Source: a virus (lineage: Duplodnaviria > Caudoviricetes). From it: a stretch of 29,734 nt of DNA. A program made the translations under genes and the position numbers. How positions within the stretch are numbered: the stretch's first letter is position 1; every line of letters begins with the position of its first letter. Below the pieces are notes generated by a model. The model saw only the letters and a list, made by a program, of their open reading frames with translations, did no database searches and was not told where the DNA came from. Below are positions 17,045 to 26,120 of this stretch, one piece after another. The stretch is from IMG/VR virus record IMGVR_UViG_3300043409_000969, positions 1 to 29,734 of that record; one strand, given 5' to 3'.

Positions 17045-17617
17045 ATGTCGAAGAACACAAAGCTCGAGGAGCGAACACAACTCCTGGTGCAAATCAAGGA
17101 ACTCAGAGCAGCTGGTAACAGCATCAGCCGCACCGCGCAGATCATGAAGATGACACGCGGGACAGTCCAGCGATGGATCAATGAAGAAAATCCAGACAGG
17201 CCAGTCAAGAAAATGGACCCTTACATCTCGCTCGATGAAAAGACAGCGACCGTGATCAAGTGGGCGGAGCTCATCGCAAGCGGTGAGACACGAAGCAAAG
17301 CAGCCGAAGTCGTCGGTTATCCAATAATGATGATAAATCGATGGATGATGAGCGAACCTTCACTGCGTGTGGAGTTTCAGGAATCTGTCGGGAAGAAACA
17401 AAACAATCATGGTGGCCGTAAGAGCTTCGAGTCAATCATGACAGATGTACGCGCAGGACGTCCTGTGTGGCGTGATGGCGCTCGTTTCAAGCTTCAGCTG
17501 GTCGAATCTGCACTCATGCGATACGAGCTCGATGGCGCGAACGTGTGGAGGTGCAAGGGCTTCGCGACACTATCAGGCAATGATGTCCTGGCGCGAGATT
17601 GGACGGTTATCGAATGA
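17045..17617 (+). CDS. Tandem HTH protein with C-terminal DUF2829/Tad2-like domain
   Basis: HTH1 G.SISRTAQIMKMTRGTVQRW; HTH2 GETRSKAAEVVGYP...INRW; C-terminal SF..I...V.AGRPVWR.G...LS.NDVLARDW.VIE. Confidence 0.75.
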   Translation: MSKNTKLEERTQLLVQIKELRAAGNSISRTAQIMKMTRGTVQRWINEENPDRPVKKMDPYISLDEKTATVIKWAELIASGETRSKAAEVVGYPIMMINRWMMSEPSLRVEFQESVGKKQNNHGGRKSFESIMTDVRAGRPVWRDGARFKLQLVESALMRYELDGANVWRCKGFATLSGNDVLARDWTVIE

Positions 17618-17859
17618 AGTTCTCTGAAGTTATTCAACACTTGATGCATGGCAAACCGATCACACGTGTGTGCTTTGATCACGATGTTTACATCCGATAC
17701 TCCGACCTTTTCGAGGCATTCGTGATGCACACAGGGACAGAGTCTAAGACTCTACAAGGTCTCACACTCGATCCTGAGTCGCTGTTCGCGACTGACTGGA
17801 TGTATGGCGAAGATCACCCGGTCAAGGATGAGATCACATGGACACGGACAACATCATAA
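17614..17859 (+). CDS. DUF2829 / Tad2-like protein (81 aa)
   Basis: MKFSEVI..L..GKPITR...ESLFATDW; ATGA-coupled to the upstream gene. Confidence 0.72.
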   Translation: MKFSEVIQHLMHGKPITRVCFDHDVYIRYSDLFEAFVMHTGTESKTLQGLTLDPESLFATDWMYGEDHPVKDEITWTRTTS

Positions 17860-18194
17860 AGACCATCATGGCGAAACCATGGTCAAACACCTACAGTCTG
17901 CTCAAGGCCATCGGAGCGTCCAGTGACCAGGTCGATGAAGCATGGCGCGACTATCGTCGCAAGTACATGCGGAGTCAGCGGTGGCAGGACATCAGGACCA
18001 AGGCGCTCGAGCGGTCAGGTAGAACATGCGAGCAGTGTGGCCGTCGACAGGATGACGGCTATAAGCTCGATGTGCATCACATCACATACATCAGACTCGG
18101 TGGTGAGCTGATGGAGGATGTCCAGGTGTTGTGCTACTTATGCCACGGGCAGCTGCACTACAGGCGCAGAGTGCGTCAGGATGAGCCAGAATAG
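17838..18194 (+). CDS. HNH endonuclease upstream of terminase (HK97 gp74-like position)
   Basis: W..IR..ALER....CEQCG...VHH.TY...G.E.......LC..CH...H. Confidence 0.88.
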   Translation: MDTDNIIKTIMAKPWSNTYSLLKAIGASSDQVDEAWRDYRRKYMRSQRWQDIRTKALERSGRTCEQCGRRQDDGYKLDVHHITYIRLGGELMEDVQVLCYLCHGQLHYRRRVRQDEPE

Positions 18195-18198
18195 AAAC

Positions 18199-18603
18199 AT
18201 GGCACGTCCAAATATCTACGACGAAGAAACAATCGCACGGGTCGAAGCTGCTTTGATGGCGGGTCAGACACCGACGGTTGTTTCTAGGCTTCATGGTTTA
18301 CCACGAACGACTATCATCACAATCCGTGATCGCATGTCGTCAAGTGTCGGAAACTCACAACCTGTTTCCGACGCGTCGGTAACAAGTAAAACACCGAAGG
18401 CACCAGCTGTGTCACTTGATGATCTGCTGGCGTCCGTCCTCGAGGACAACCTCAAAGCACTACAGGTCATCGCTAGGACGACACAAAGCGAGAGGTACAT
18501 CAATGGACAAAGCGCCGCGCAGATTGCAGCTCTCTACGAGAAGATTGCAACTTTCTCGGTTCAACTTCTGTCCGCAGCCAGCGAAGGCCCAAACGAAGAC
18601 TAG
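18199..18603 (+). CDS. terS: Terminase small subunit
   Basis: MARP start, N-terminal HTH then a helical region; immediately upstream of the large terminase. Confidence 0.7.
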   Translation: MARPNIYDEETIARVEAALMAGQTPTVVSRLHGLPRTTIITIRDRMSSSVGNSQPVSDASVTSKTPKAPAVSLDDLLASVLEDNLKALQVIARTTQSERYINGQSAAQIAALYEKIATFSVQLLSAASEGPNED

Positions 18604-19930
18604 CGCGCAGACGGCTCTCTGTTATCTCGACTACCTTCGAGAGACTCTCCCGCCCGGTTGGTCTTTTACAGCTCGGCATCTCATCGCCATCGCTTCACAC
18701 CTTGACGCTGTGGAGCGTGGTGAGATCGACAGACTCGCGATCCACATGCCACCGCGCCACGGTAAGACTGAGACAGTGACCGTGCGATATGGCGCCTATT
18801 GCATCGAGCGGGACCCGTCTGCTAACGTGCTGGTCACTGGCTACAATGAACGCATCGCGAGACGCTTCTCAAGGAAGTCCAGACAGATCGTTTCGTCCAG
18901 GACAAAGCTCGCGAAGGACAACGCAGCACAGGACGAATGGTCATTGCCGGAGGGCGGAACCTTCATGGCGCGTGGTGTCGGCTCACCTCCAACCGGTGTC
19001 GGCTTCAAGCGCATCATCATCGATGACCCGATTCGATCTCGAGAGGATGCGGAGTCTGCTCTGTATCGTGACAAGGCCTGGGACTGGTACACGGACGACC
19101 TCTACACCAGGCTCGAACCAAAGGGCGCTCTCATCATCGTCTCGACCAGGTGGCATCACGACGACATCACCGCTCGCGCAATCTCATCGGAACCTCATCG
19201 ATGGACCGTGCTAAACCTTCCAGCCATAGCCGAGGAGAAGTGTCAGATCGGTCGAATGCCTGGCGAAGCTTTGTGGCCAGAACGATACGACGTGAAGGAA
19301 CTAGGACGCATCAAGGAGGTCATGGTCGCGAACTCCGGAGACTACGGGTGGAGTGCTTTGTACCAGCAACATCCGACACCTCGCGAGGGGTCATTCTTCA
19401 AGTCAGACCGTATCACCATCGAGCATGCGACACCGAACATCCAGAAGATGTCCCGCGCCTGGGACCTCGCAGCGACAGATGGTAGTGGTGACTACACTGT
19501 CGGCGTCAAGATGGGTCGTGATGCTGATGGCCGCATCTGGATTCTCGATGTCGTGCGTGGCCAGTATGACACCGACCAGCGCGATAAAGTTATAAAGCAG
19601 ACAGCTGCTCTCGATGGCCGTGGCATCAGGATCCGACTACCGCAGGATCCGGGTCAGGCTGGTAAGAGTCAAGCCATGCACATGCTTCGGTTGCTTCATG
19701 GTAGTGCAGTGACAGTCCTGCCGGTGACAGGCTCGAAGGATGTCAGGGCTGAACCGTTCGCGTCGCAGGTCGCTGGTGGCAATGTCTACATGGTCGCAGC
19801 TGACTGGAACCGTACACTACTCGATGAGATGCGAACATTTCCCCTGGGGAAGAATGACGACATCGTCGACGCTTTGACTGACGCCTACGACGAGCTCGTC
19901 GGTCGTGGCGGTGGGTGGGGTGCAGTATAA
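18503..19930 (+). CDS. terL: Terminase large subunit
   Basis: Walker A MPPRHGKT, Walker B IIIDDP, TRWH.DD, nuclease motifs WDLAA...DY and FP.GK.DD.VDA; start uncertain, ATG 18503 has a GAGGT RBS. Confidence 0.95.
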   Translation: MDKAPRRLQLSTRRLQLSRFNFCPQPAKAQTKTSAQTALCYLDYLRETLPPGWSFTARHLIAIASHLDAVERGEIDRLAIHMPPRHGKTETVTVRYGAYCIERDPSANVLVTGYNERIARRFSRKSRQIVSSRTKLAKDNAAQDEWSLPEGGTFMARGVGSPPTGVGFKRIIIDDPIRSREDAESALYRDKAWDWYTDDLYTRLEPKGALIIVSTRWHHDDITARAISSEPHRWTVLNLPAIAEEKCQIGRMPGEALWPERYDVKELGRIKEVMVANSGDYGWSALYQQHPTPREGSFFKSDRITIEHATPNIQKMSRAWDLAATDGSGDYTVGVKMGRDADGRIWILDVVRGQYDTDQRDKVIKQTAALDGRGIRIRLPQDPGQAGKSQAMHMLRLLHGSAVTVLPVTGSKDVRAEPFASQVAGGNVYMVAADWNRTLLDEMRTFPLGKNDDIVDALTDAYDELVGRGGGWGAV

Positions 19931-19955
19931 GACATGATAAGGACACAATAGTCAC

Positions 19956-21845
19956 ATGGGACTCTTCGATCGCTTCATCGGCAAAGCAACTGCCGCGCCA
20001 AATGCACTGCTTCCGCCGCCGCTGATTCAGCGACAGACGTCCTATTTCACCGGCACAGGTAACGGCGACTTTTGGTCCCTGCTGACACGTAACCTTCCAG
20101 GCTCGAGTTTCAACTGGCGCAACCAGGCTGGCGACTTGATGCTGAACAGCATCGTCGCTATCGGCATGGACTGGTACATTCGTAACTGGTCGCAGGGTGT
20201 TCCTGTCGTCCGTCGACCGATGCCTGATGGACAGGTCGAGACAGTCGCAGATCACCCGATCTTACAGCTGCTCGCGCAGCCAACACCGAACGTGCCGCCA
20301 TCGCTCGTGTGGTCGTGGATTCTTCCAGACTACCAGCTGCTAGGAAACGCCTACTTTAGGAAGGTCCGCGTGTCTGGTCGTGTCGTTGGTTTGCAATACT
20401 TGGCGGCTGACATGATGAGACCTGTCGGCAACAAAGTAAATCCGCTCATCAAGTATCAGTACACGGTCGATGGCACGTCGTACGACATCGCGCTCGAGGA
20501 CTTGATTCACATTCGGTATGGTCGAGATCCGCAGGACTCTCGCTTCGGGCGCTCTCCTGTCACGTCTGTCCTTCGCGAGATCGCCACCGACAACGTCGCT
20601 GCATCAGCTGCATTCGGCATGGTGCGAAACGGTGGCATGCCATCGATCATGGTCGGACCAGACTACAAGGGCGGTGTCGAGGATTTGTCCGAAGACGATG
20701 CCAGACAGACGAAGCGGAAACTACAGCAGGACTTCACTGGCGACAATGCCGGCAGCGTGTTGGTGATGACTGGTCCATTCAAGGTCGAGCAGGTCTCACA
20801 CAAACCATCCGAGATGGCGTTCGATGAGATTCGGCGCAAACCGGAGGAGCGCGTGTGTGCAGCTCTCGGTCTCAATCCTTTGGTCCTTCAACTCGGCAGT
20901 GGCCTCGAGCGCGCAACCTACAGCAACCTCGAGCAGGCGACTAGATCAGCGTGGACTGATGGCATGATTCCGCTGATGCGTCAGATGTCAGAAGCGCTCA
21001 CCATCGCACTGCTACCGGACTACGAAGAGACGCAGCCAGGCGACTACCTCGAGTTTGATGTGGCGAATGTTCCATCACTCCAGGCTGACCTCAATGAGGA
21101 CGCAGAGAGAGCGGAGCGACTCTACAAGAGTGGCATCGTGGACCTAGCAACCGCGAAGCGTGTCGCTGGCGTGACGCCTTCGGATGATGACGAAGGTTAT
21201 TACCATCCAACTGCTGTCCCTGTGCAGATCGGCGCGCAGGAGCTCATGGTCCCTGATGCTGCGCCAGTATCGACAGCTCGAACTGCCGATGAGACTGCGA
21301 AGCTGGTCGGCGCTGCCGGTGCTTTGATTCGTGCTGGCTTCGAGCCAGAGGCTGCACTCCAGGCTGTCGGTCTAAACAGTATCCAGCACCTCGGGCTGTT
21401 GCCTGTCACGGTGCGCCAGGAAGAGACCAAAGCATTCGACGATGCATCTGAGCCAGGGCTGAAGTTCATCCCGTCGAAGGACATGAAGGAAGAAGCACAG
21501 CGCGCCATCGAGTGGCGTGATGCTGGTCGTGATGGCGGGACCGCTGTCGCATGGGCCAGGGCGAATCAGATCGTCTCCGGTGAAAAGCTCAGTGAGTCGA
21601 CTGTCCTTCGGATGTACAGTTTCTTTCGACGTCACGAAGTGGACAAACAGGCGGAAGGTTTCAGGCCAGGTGAGGATGGTTATCCTAGTGCCGGTCGTGT
21701 GGCATGGGCGGCATGGGGTGGCGATGCTGGCTACAGATGGTCCACAGCTGCGCGCAAAGAGATTCTCAAAAAGATGGCGCCGAAGGAGAACGGGAAGAGT
21801 TATCACCCGTACTACGGATACGAGCTGACTGACACCGATGGCTGA
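19956..21845 (+). CDS. Portal protein (HK97-like) with long C-terminal extension
   Basis: HP...LL..P, L.GNAY, IHIR......G.SP, NG..P, TYSN.E.A; about 190 extra C-terminal residues. Confidence 0.93.
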   Translation: MGLFDRFIGKATAAPNALLPPPLIQRQTSYFTGTGNGDFWSLLTRNLPGSSFNWRNQAGDLMLNSIVAIGMDWYIRNWSQGVPVVRRPMPDGQVETVADHPILQLLAQPTPNVPPSLVWSWILPDYQLLGNAYFRKVRVSGRVVGLQYLAADMMRPVGNKVNPLIKYQYTVDGTSYDIALEDLIHIRYGRDPQDSRFGRSPVTSVLREIATDNVAASAAFGMVRNGGMPSIMVGPDYKGGVEDLSEDDARQTKRKLQQDFTGDNAGSVLVMTGPFKVEQVSHKPSEMAFDEIRRKPEERVCAALGLNPLVLQLGSGLERATYSNLEQATRSAWTDGMIPLMRQMSEALTIALLPDYEETQPGDYLEFDVANVPSLQADLNEDAERAERLYKSGIVDLATAKRVAGVTPSDDDEGYYHPTAVPVQIGAQELMVPDAAPVSTARTADETAKLVGAAGALIRAGFEPEAALQAVGLNSIQHLGLLPVTVRQEETKAFDDASEPGLKFIPSKDMKEEAQRAIEWRDAGRDGGTAVAWARANQIVSGEKLSESTVLRMYSFFRRHEVDKQAEGFRPGEDGYPSAGRVAWAAWGGDAGYRWSTAARKEILKKMAPKENGKSYHPYYGYELTDTDG

Positions 21846-22863
21846 TATCTATCAAGTCAATGAGTCGTATCGGAATAAGCTCCGATATCGTGAGAACGCT
21901 GCTCTCTCCGAGATGAGCAGGACGTACAGTGTCCTCCAGGCTGACAACCTCAAGCGCCTCGAAGCGGTGACAGCCGCCATCGAGGAGGCACAGGCAGCAG
22001 GTGAGGACATCAGTGGTCTCTCCGAGTACATGCTCCGCCTCGAGGCGCTCAATGTCCAGATGGCTGATGAAGTCGCACGATGGGCGCCACAGGCGACCGA
22101 CATCGCAACAGGCGGTCAACGACGCGCCATACAGTTATCGCTGGACATACAGGAGGATCTCGTGCGAGCAGTCGCGGGTGTTCCTTCGTCGGTGTCGCTC
22201 ACCGCTGATCTGATGTGGAACCGGCTCCCTGTCGAAGCGATAACGAACGTCGTCGGCTTCGCCGCTGACGGCTCACCGCTCGGTCTGCTGTTCGAAGCGA
22301 TAGGACCTTTCGCGCTCGATCACGTCACGATCGGCATCGCGCAGGGTCTCAATCCGCTCCAGGTCGCACGACGCATGGCAAGGACGTACGAAACTCTCGC
22401 GCCTTCACGAGCTGCTACCATCGCACGAACAGAGATGATTCGTGCCAACAGAGAAGCACAGCGACAGACTTTCGAGGCGAACCTGAGCATCGTTCGTGGC
22501 TGGCGCCGCATATCAGCGGGTGATGTGAACGTGTGTCCAGTGTGCTGGTCACTGCACGGAGATCCGAATCCTGTTGCAGATGTTGTACCTTCGCATCCAA
22601 ACTGTAGGTGTACGGTGATTCCAATCACACCGACATACGCTGAACTCGCAGGACTGCCGCCAGGCAGTTTCGATGAACCGGAAGAGATGCCGGACAAAGA
22701 GGAACAGTTTCGTATGCTCAGTGAAGCGGAGCGTCGGCAGGTCCTTGGACCTTCGCGGTATCGTTTGTGGGAGACAGGCACACCTCTCAGTGCATTTGGC
22801 AAAGTGGTGCCGAATAATGAGTGGGGACCACAGGCCGTGGTTGTGCCGGTCAAGGAGTTATGA
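21838..22863 (+). CDS. Minor head morphogenesis protein (SPP1 gp7 / Mu F family)
   Basis: RA.TIARTE..RA, CP.C..L.G, P.HPNCRC. Confidence 0.9.
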   Translation: MADIYQVNESYRNKLRYRENAALSEMSRTYSVLQADNLKRLEAVTAAIEEAQAAGEDISGLSEYMLRLEALNVQMADEVARWAPQATDIATGGQRRAIQLSLDIQEDLVRAVAGVPSSVSLTADLMWNRLPVEAITNVVGFAADGSPLGLLFEAIGPFALDHVTIGIAQGLNPLQVARRMARTYETLAPSRAATIARTEMIRANREAQRQTFEANLSIVRGWRRISAGDVNVCPVCWSLHGDPNPVADVVPSHPNCRCTVIPITPTYAELAGLPPGSFDEPEEMPDKEEQFRMLSEAERRQVLGPSRYRLWETGTPLSAFGKVVPNNEWGPQAVVVPVKEL

Positions 22864-23849
22864 TGCAGACTTTGGTATCCTTCGGTGATGCAATCAAGGC
22901 AGATGACAATGGTCGTGTGCGTGGTTACCTGGTGCGCTTCGGCGGCGCCGACCTCGAGGGCGACTACTTCACAGCGAGCACTGATTTCGGACGACCGATG
23001 AAGTCTGGTGAGAGAGTGCCGATGAACCTCTACTATCATCACGGACAGGACAAGCAGGTCGGAAAGTCACGCATCGGAACCGGATACATCACCATGGACG
23101 ATAAAGGTCTCTGGTATGAGAGTCAGGTCGACATGGCCGATTCGTACCAGAAGATGATTCAGGAACTCGCGAAGTCTGGCAAGCTTGGATATTCAAGCGG
23201 AGCCACGGGTCACATGGTCGAGCGGAAGAAGATGTCTGATGGGCGCTACGAAATCACACGCTGGCCAATCGGTGAGGCATCGCTCACACCGACACCTGCC
23301 GAACCGATGAACATGGTCAAAAGTCTAAAAGACATGTATGGCGACATGGAAGGTTATGCTATGGAAGAACAAGAGATGATGATTCCAGTCGCGCCTGGTG
23401 AAGACGTGGCGACCTTCGTTGAGAACGTCTACGGCGATCTTGACAAGGAAATGGTCCATGAAGGACTTGAGGCGCTCTACGAGCGTCTCTGTGCAGGTGT
23501 TACAGCTGCATATGACAGTGGACTCGGCAGTGGACATGTGGATGCCATCATCGATGCATTCGCAGTTCGTGCCAAGGAACTGAACAGCAAAGTAAAGGAT
23601 CCGGCAGCGGAAGCACAAAGCCTTAAGGCTATGCTCGAGCGTCCGACATCCATCCGAGAAGTGGAGCGACGTCTGCGGGATGCAGTTCGTCTCTCACGTA
23701 GCGAGTCGACAAGATTCGCAAAAACCATCTGGAACGAACTTCGAGACGAAGTATCGAGCGAAGATGTCACCATCGTCGAATACTCGAGCGACATCGAGGA
23801 TGCGAAGTCCGCACTTCTCCGTGAGCTCATGATCTTGGAGTTAAGTTAA
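22863..23849 (+). CDS. Prohead maturation protease with helical, scaffold-like C-terminal extension
   Basis: GY...FG..DL.GD.F, YHH, D..GLW, GYSSG, EASLTP.PAEP; AAGGAG RBS. Confidence 0.88.
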   Translation: MQTLVSFGDAIKADDNGRVRGYLVRFGGADLEGDYFTASTDFGRPMKSGERVPMNLYYHHGQDKQVGKSRIGTGYITMDDKGLWYESQVDMADSYQKMIQELAKSGKLGYSSGATGHMVERKKMSDGRYEITRWPIGEASLTPTPAEPMNMVKSLKDMYGDMEGYAMEEQEMMIPVAPGEDVATFVENVYGDLDKEMVHEGLEALYERLCAGVTAAYDSGLGSGHVDAIIDAFAVRAKELNSKVKDPAAEAQSLKAMLERPTSIREVERRLRDAVRLSRSESTRFAKTIWNELRDEVSSEDVTIVEYSSDIEDAKSALLRELMILELS

Positions 23850-25147
23850 TGACAATCGAACAACTTGAAGGACAGCGCCAGTCTACAATCGCTGCCGCTA
23901 AAGAAGTCCTCATCAACGGCGGCGACATGGCCGAAGCCAATCGCCTTCACCAGTCCGCAAAGTCTCTCTCTGAGCGCATCGAAATGCTCCGCGAGTTCGG
24001 CAACGTGCCTGCTCCTGTAGCATCCGAAGCTGCGCCGAAGTCTGAGCCATGGAAGTCCGGGAGTGTAGTCAAGAATCCATTCCCTGGAACCCGTGACGAA
24101 GCAAACTTCAAAGCATACGCATTCGGCCAGTGGGTTCGTGGTACGGTCCTCGGAAATGCCAAAGCAGCCAAGTGGTGTAATGAGCATGGCGTAAAGTCAC
24201 AGACCGAAGGTGACAACGGCGCTGGTGGATTTACGGTCCCTGAGATCGTTTCGTCCAGCCTGATCTGGCTTCGCAACGAGTACGGTGTAGCGCGTCGCTT
24301 CTCACGTATTTATCCGATGACATCTGACGTCCTCAATGTCCCGAACGCATCGACATCAACGACCACGTATTACCCGAATGAAGCAACCGCCATCACCGCG
24401 AGCGACATCACCTTTACACAGGTCGCACTGACCGCGAAGAAACTCGCGATCTTGACCATCGTGTCGAAGGAACTTAACGAAGACACCGTCATCGACTTCG
24501 GCGCAACATTGGCGCAGGACTTCGCGTACGGATTGGCTTTGGCTGAGGATGCAGCTGCGTTCCAGGGCGATGGCACGAGCACCTATGGTTCCATCACCGG
24601 AATCATGCCACGCATCAAGGCACTCTCTGGAACATTCTCCAGCATCGCCTCGATGGTTGTCGGTCCATCCGGATCACAGACTGCACTCTCGAGCTTTACG
24701 CTCGCGAACTTCCAGTCGATGGTCGCGAAACTGCAGCCATATGCCACGCAGCCACGCTGGTACATGCACAAGCAGGTGTTCTACAACGGCGTCGCAGACA
24801 AGCTGATCGCATTGTCCGGAAACAGCATCATGGACATCCAGAATGCCTATGGTCCTGAACCAACGCTGTTCGGTATCCCGATCAGTTTCGTTCAGAACAT
24901 GCCAAGCGCAACCGGCGTATCCAAGACGATGGCAGTCCTCGGAGATCTCTCCAAGGGTGTCGCGTTCGGCGATCGTCGTGGTGTAAGCGTTGAGGTCTCC
25001 GACCAGGTCAAGTTCATCGAGGATGCGCTTACCTTCAAGGCAACCGAGCGCTATGCGTTCAACTGCTTCGATGTCGGAAACGTCACCGCAACAGTGGCCG
25101 ATCAGGTTCCTGGTTCCATCATCGTTCTCCAGGCTGCCGCTTCGTAG
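23849..25147 (+). CDS. Major capsid protein (HK97 fold)
   Basis: N-terminal coiled-coil delta domain, GGF.VPE, F..V.L..KKL, D.A...G.G, TLFG.P, GD....ER. Confidence 0.95.
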   Translation: MTIEQLEGQRQSTIAAAKEVLINGGDMAEANRLHQSAKSLSERIEMLREFGNVPAPVASEAAPKSEPWKSGSVVKNPFPGTRDEANFKAYAFGQWVRGTVLGNAKAAKWCNEHGVKSQTEGDNGAGGFTVPEIVSSSLIWLRNEYGVARRFSRIYPMTSDVLNVPNASTSTTTYYPNEATAITASDITFTQVALTAKKLAILTIVSKELNEDTVIDFGATLAQDFAYGLALAEDAAAFQGDGTSTYGSITGIMPRIKALSGTFSSIASMVVGPSGSQTALSSFTLANFQSMVAKLQPYATQPRWYMHKQVFYNGVADKLIALSGNSIMDIQNAYGPEPTLFGIPISFVQNMPSATGVSKTMAVLGDLSKGVAFGDRRGVSVEVSDQVKFIEDALTFKATERYAFNCFDVGNVTATVADQVPGSIIVLQAAAS

Positions 25148-25166
25148 GCTGTCTGACTTCGCAGTC

Positions 25167-25202
25167 AAGGGGAGCGGGTTATCCCGTTCCCTTTTTGTTT
25201 TT
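25167..25202 (+). terminator. Intrinsic terminator after major capsid gene
   Basis: GGGAGCGGG-TTAT-CCCGTTCCC followed by TTTTTGTTTTT. Confidence 0.88.
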
Positions 25203-25213
25203 AGGATGTACAC

Positions 25214-25702
25214 ATGCCACTCACAAGAACTCAAGCACTCGACCGACTCGCATGGATGACAGCATCCGATCAATATCCGTTCTTGGATTCGACTGCACTA
25301 CAGCAGCTCGTGGACGATCACGCTCGCTGGACTCCATGGTCTGCATCCACAGCCTTCGTCGTTGGGGACATCGTCATTCCAACCGTTGCTAATGGTCGAC
25401 TCTACCAGTGCGTCATCGCAGGGACATCGAGCGCCACGGAACCGCAGTTCCCGCAGTGGACCAGGACACTTGGCTATTCTGTCAATGACGGATCAGGCGA
25501 CCTTCTATGGCAGGACATCGGTCCCGCGAACGTTGAGCGCTATGACATCCGCACAGCTGCGCGACAGGGCTGGATTCGCAAAGCATCCAGCATCACGCAC
25601 CTCATCGATGTGAAGGACGGCCAGGTCGATGCGAAAATGGCCGTGCTCCGTGAGCACTGTCTCGACCAGGCGAAGCGCTTCTCACCCATGGTGTTCGTAT
25701 GA
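25214..25702 (+). CDS. Head-tail adaptor-like protein with inserted carbohydrate-binding-like module
   Basis: First gene after capsid; helical ends (YD...AA...W..KA) flank W.ASTA..VGD.V....NG..YQC..AGTS...EP. Confidence 0.7.
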   Translation: MPLTRTQALDRLAWMTASDQYPFLDSTALQQLVDDHARWTPWSASTAFVVGDIVIPTVANGRLYQCVIAGTSSATEPQFPQWTRTLGYSVNDGSGDLLWQDIGPANVERYDIRTAARQGWIRKASSITHLIDVKDGQVDAKMAVLREHCLDQAKRFSPMVFV

Positions 25703-26079
25703 TTCCAGCAGCTTATTCCACAGCGCTCAAGAACGCGATCCAAGCGTATTCCTACGCGGACCGTGTCGCGATCTGGCGGACCGTCAATCAGGCAGATGGC
25801 ATCGGTGGCGTGTCACAGCACTGGATACAGGTCGCTGAGATTCGTGGCACGATATCCAACACCGGCGATACCGAAGGCGTTGTCGGTGGCATGATCGAGC
25901 AGTCTGGTACATGGACGCTCACATGCTCACCAGACATCGAAGTTCGTGCCGATGACAGGATATACACATCCGGGAATCCACAGAACCTAGCGCCATACTA
26001 TGAGTGCATCGGCAGCGACTACGGCCACACGAACGCAGTCAGTCAAACCATAGGACTTCGCGCTAGGACAAACGGGTAG
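25699..26079 (+). CDS. Head closure (stopper) protein, SPP1 gp16-like
   Basis: V.I.R.....DG.GG....W, DI...DRI; synteny. Confidence 0.82.
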   Translation: MIPAAYSTALKNAIQAYSYADRVAIWRTVNQADGIGGVSQHWIQVAEIRGTISNTGDTEGVVGGMIEQSGTWTLTCSPDIEVRADDRIYTSGNPQNLAPYYECIGSDYGHTNAVSQTIGLRARTNG

Positions 26080-26120
26080 CGCACGCAACCGCACGTAAAC
26101 CACACGTAACCGCACGTATA
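26080..26120. repeat. Four degenerate 10-11 bp tandem repeats (consensus CGCACGTAAC)
   Basis: CGCACGCAAC, CGCACGTAAAC, CACACGTAAC, CGCACGTATA. Confidence 0.85.

Noticed and set aside
18588-18594. Second in-frame CCCAAAC at the end of terS as a terS-terL frameshift
   Set aside because: terL is in the +1 frame relative to terS; a -1 slip enters an unrelated frame that stops near 18779
26080-26120. CRISPR mini-array
   Set aside because: Units are 10-11 bp and contiguous, with no spacers and no cas genes
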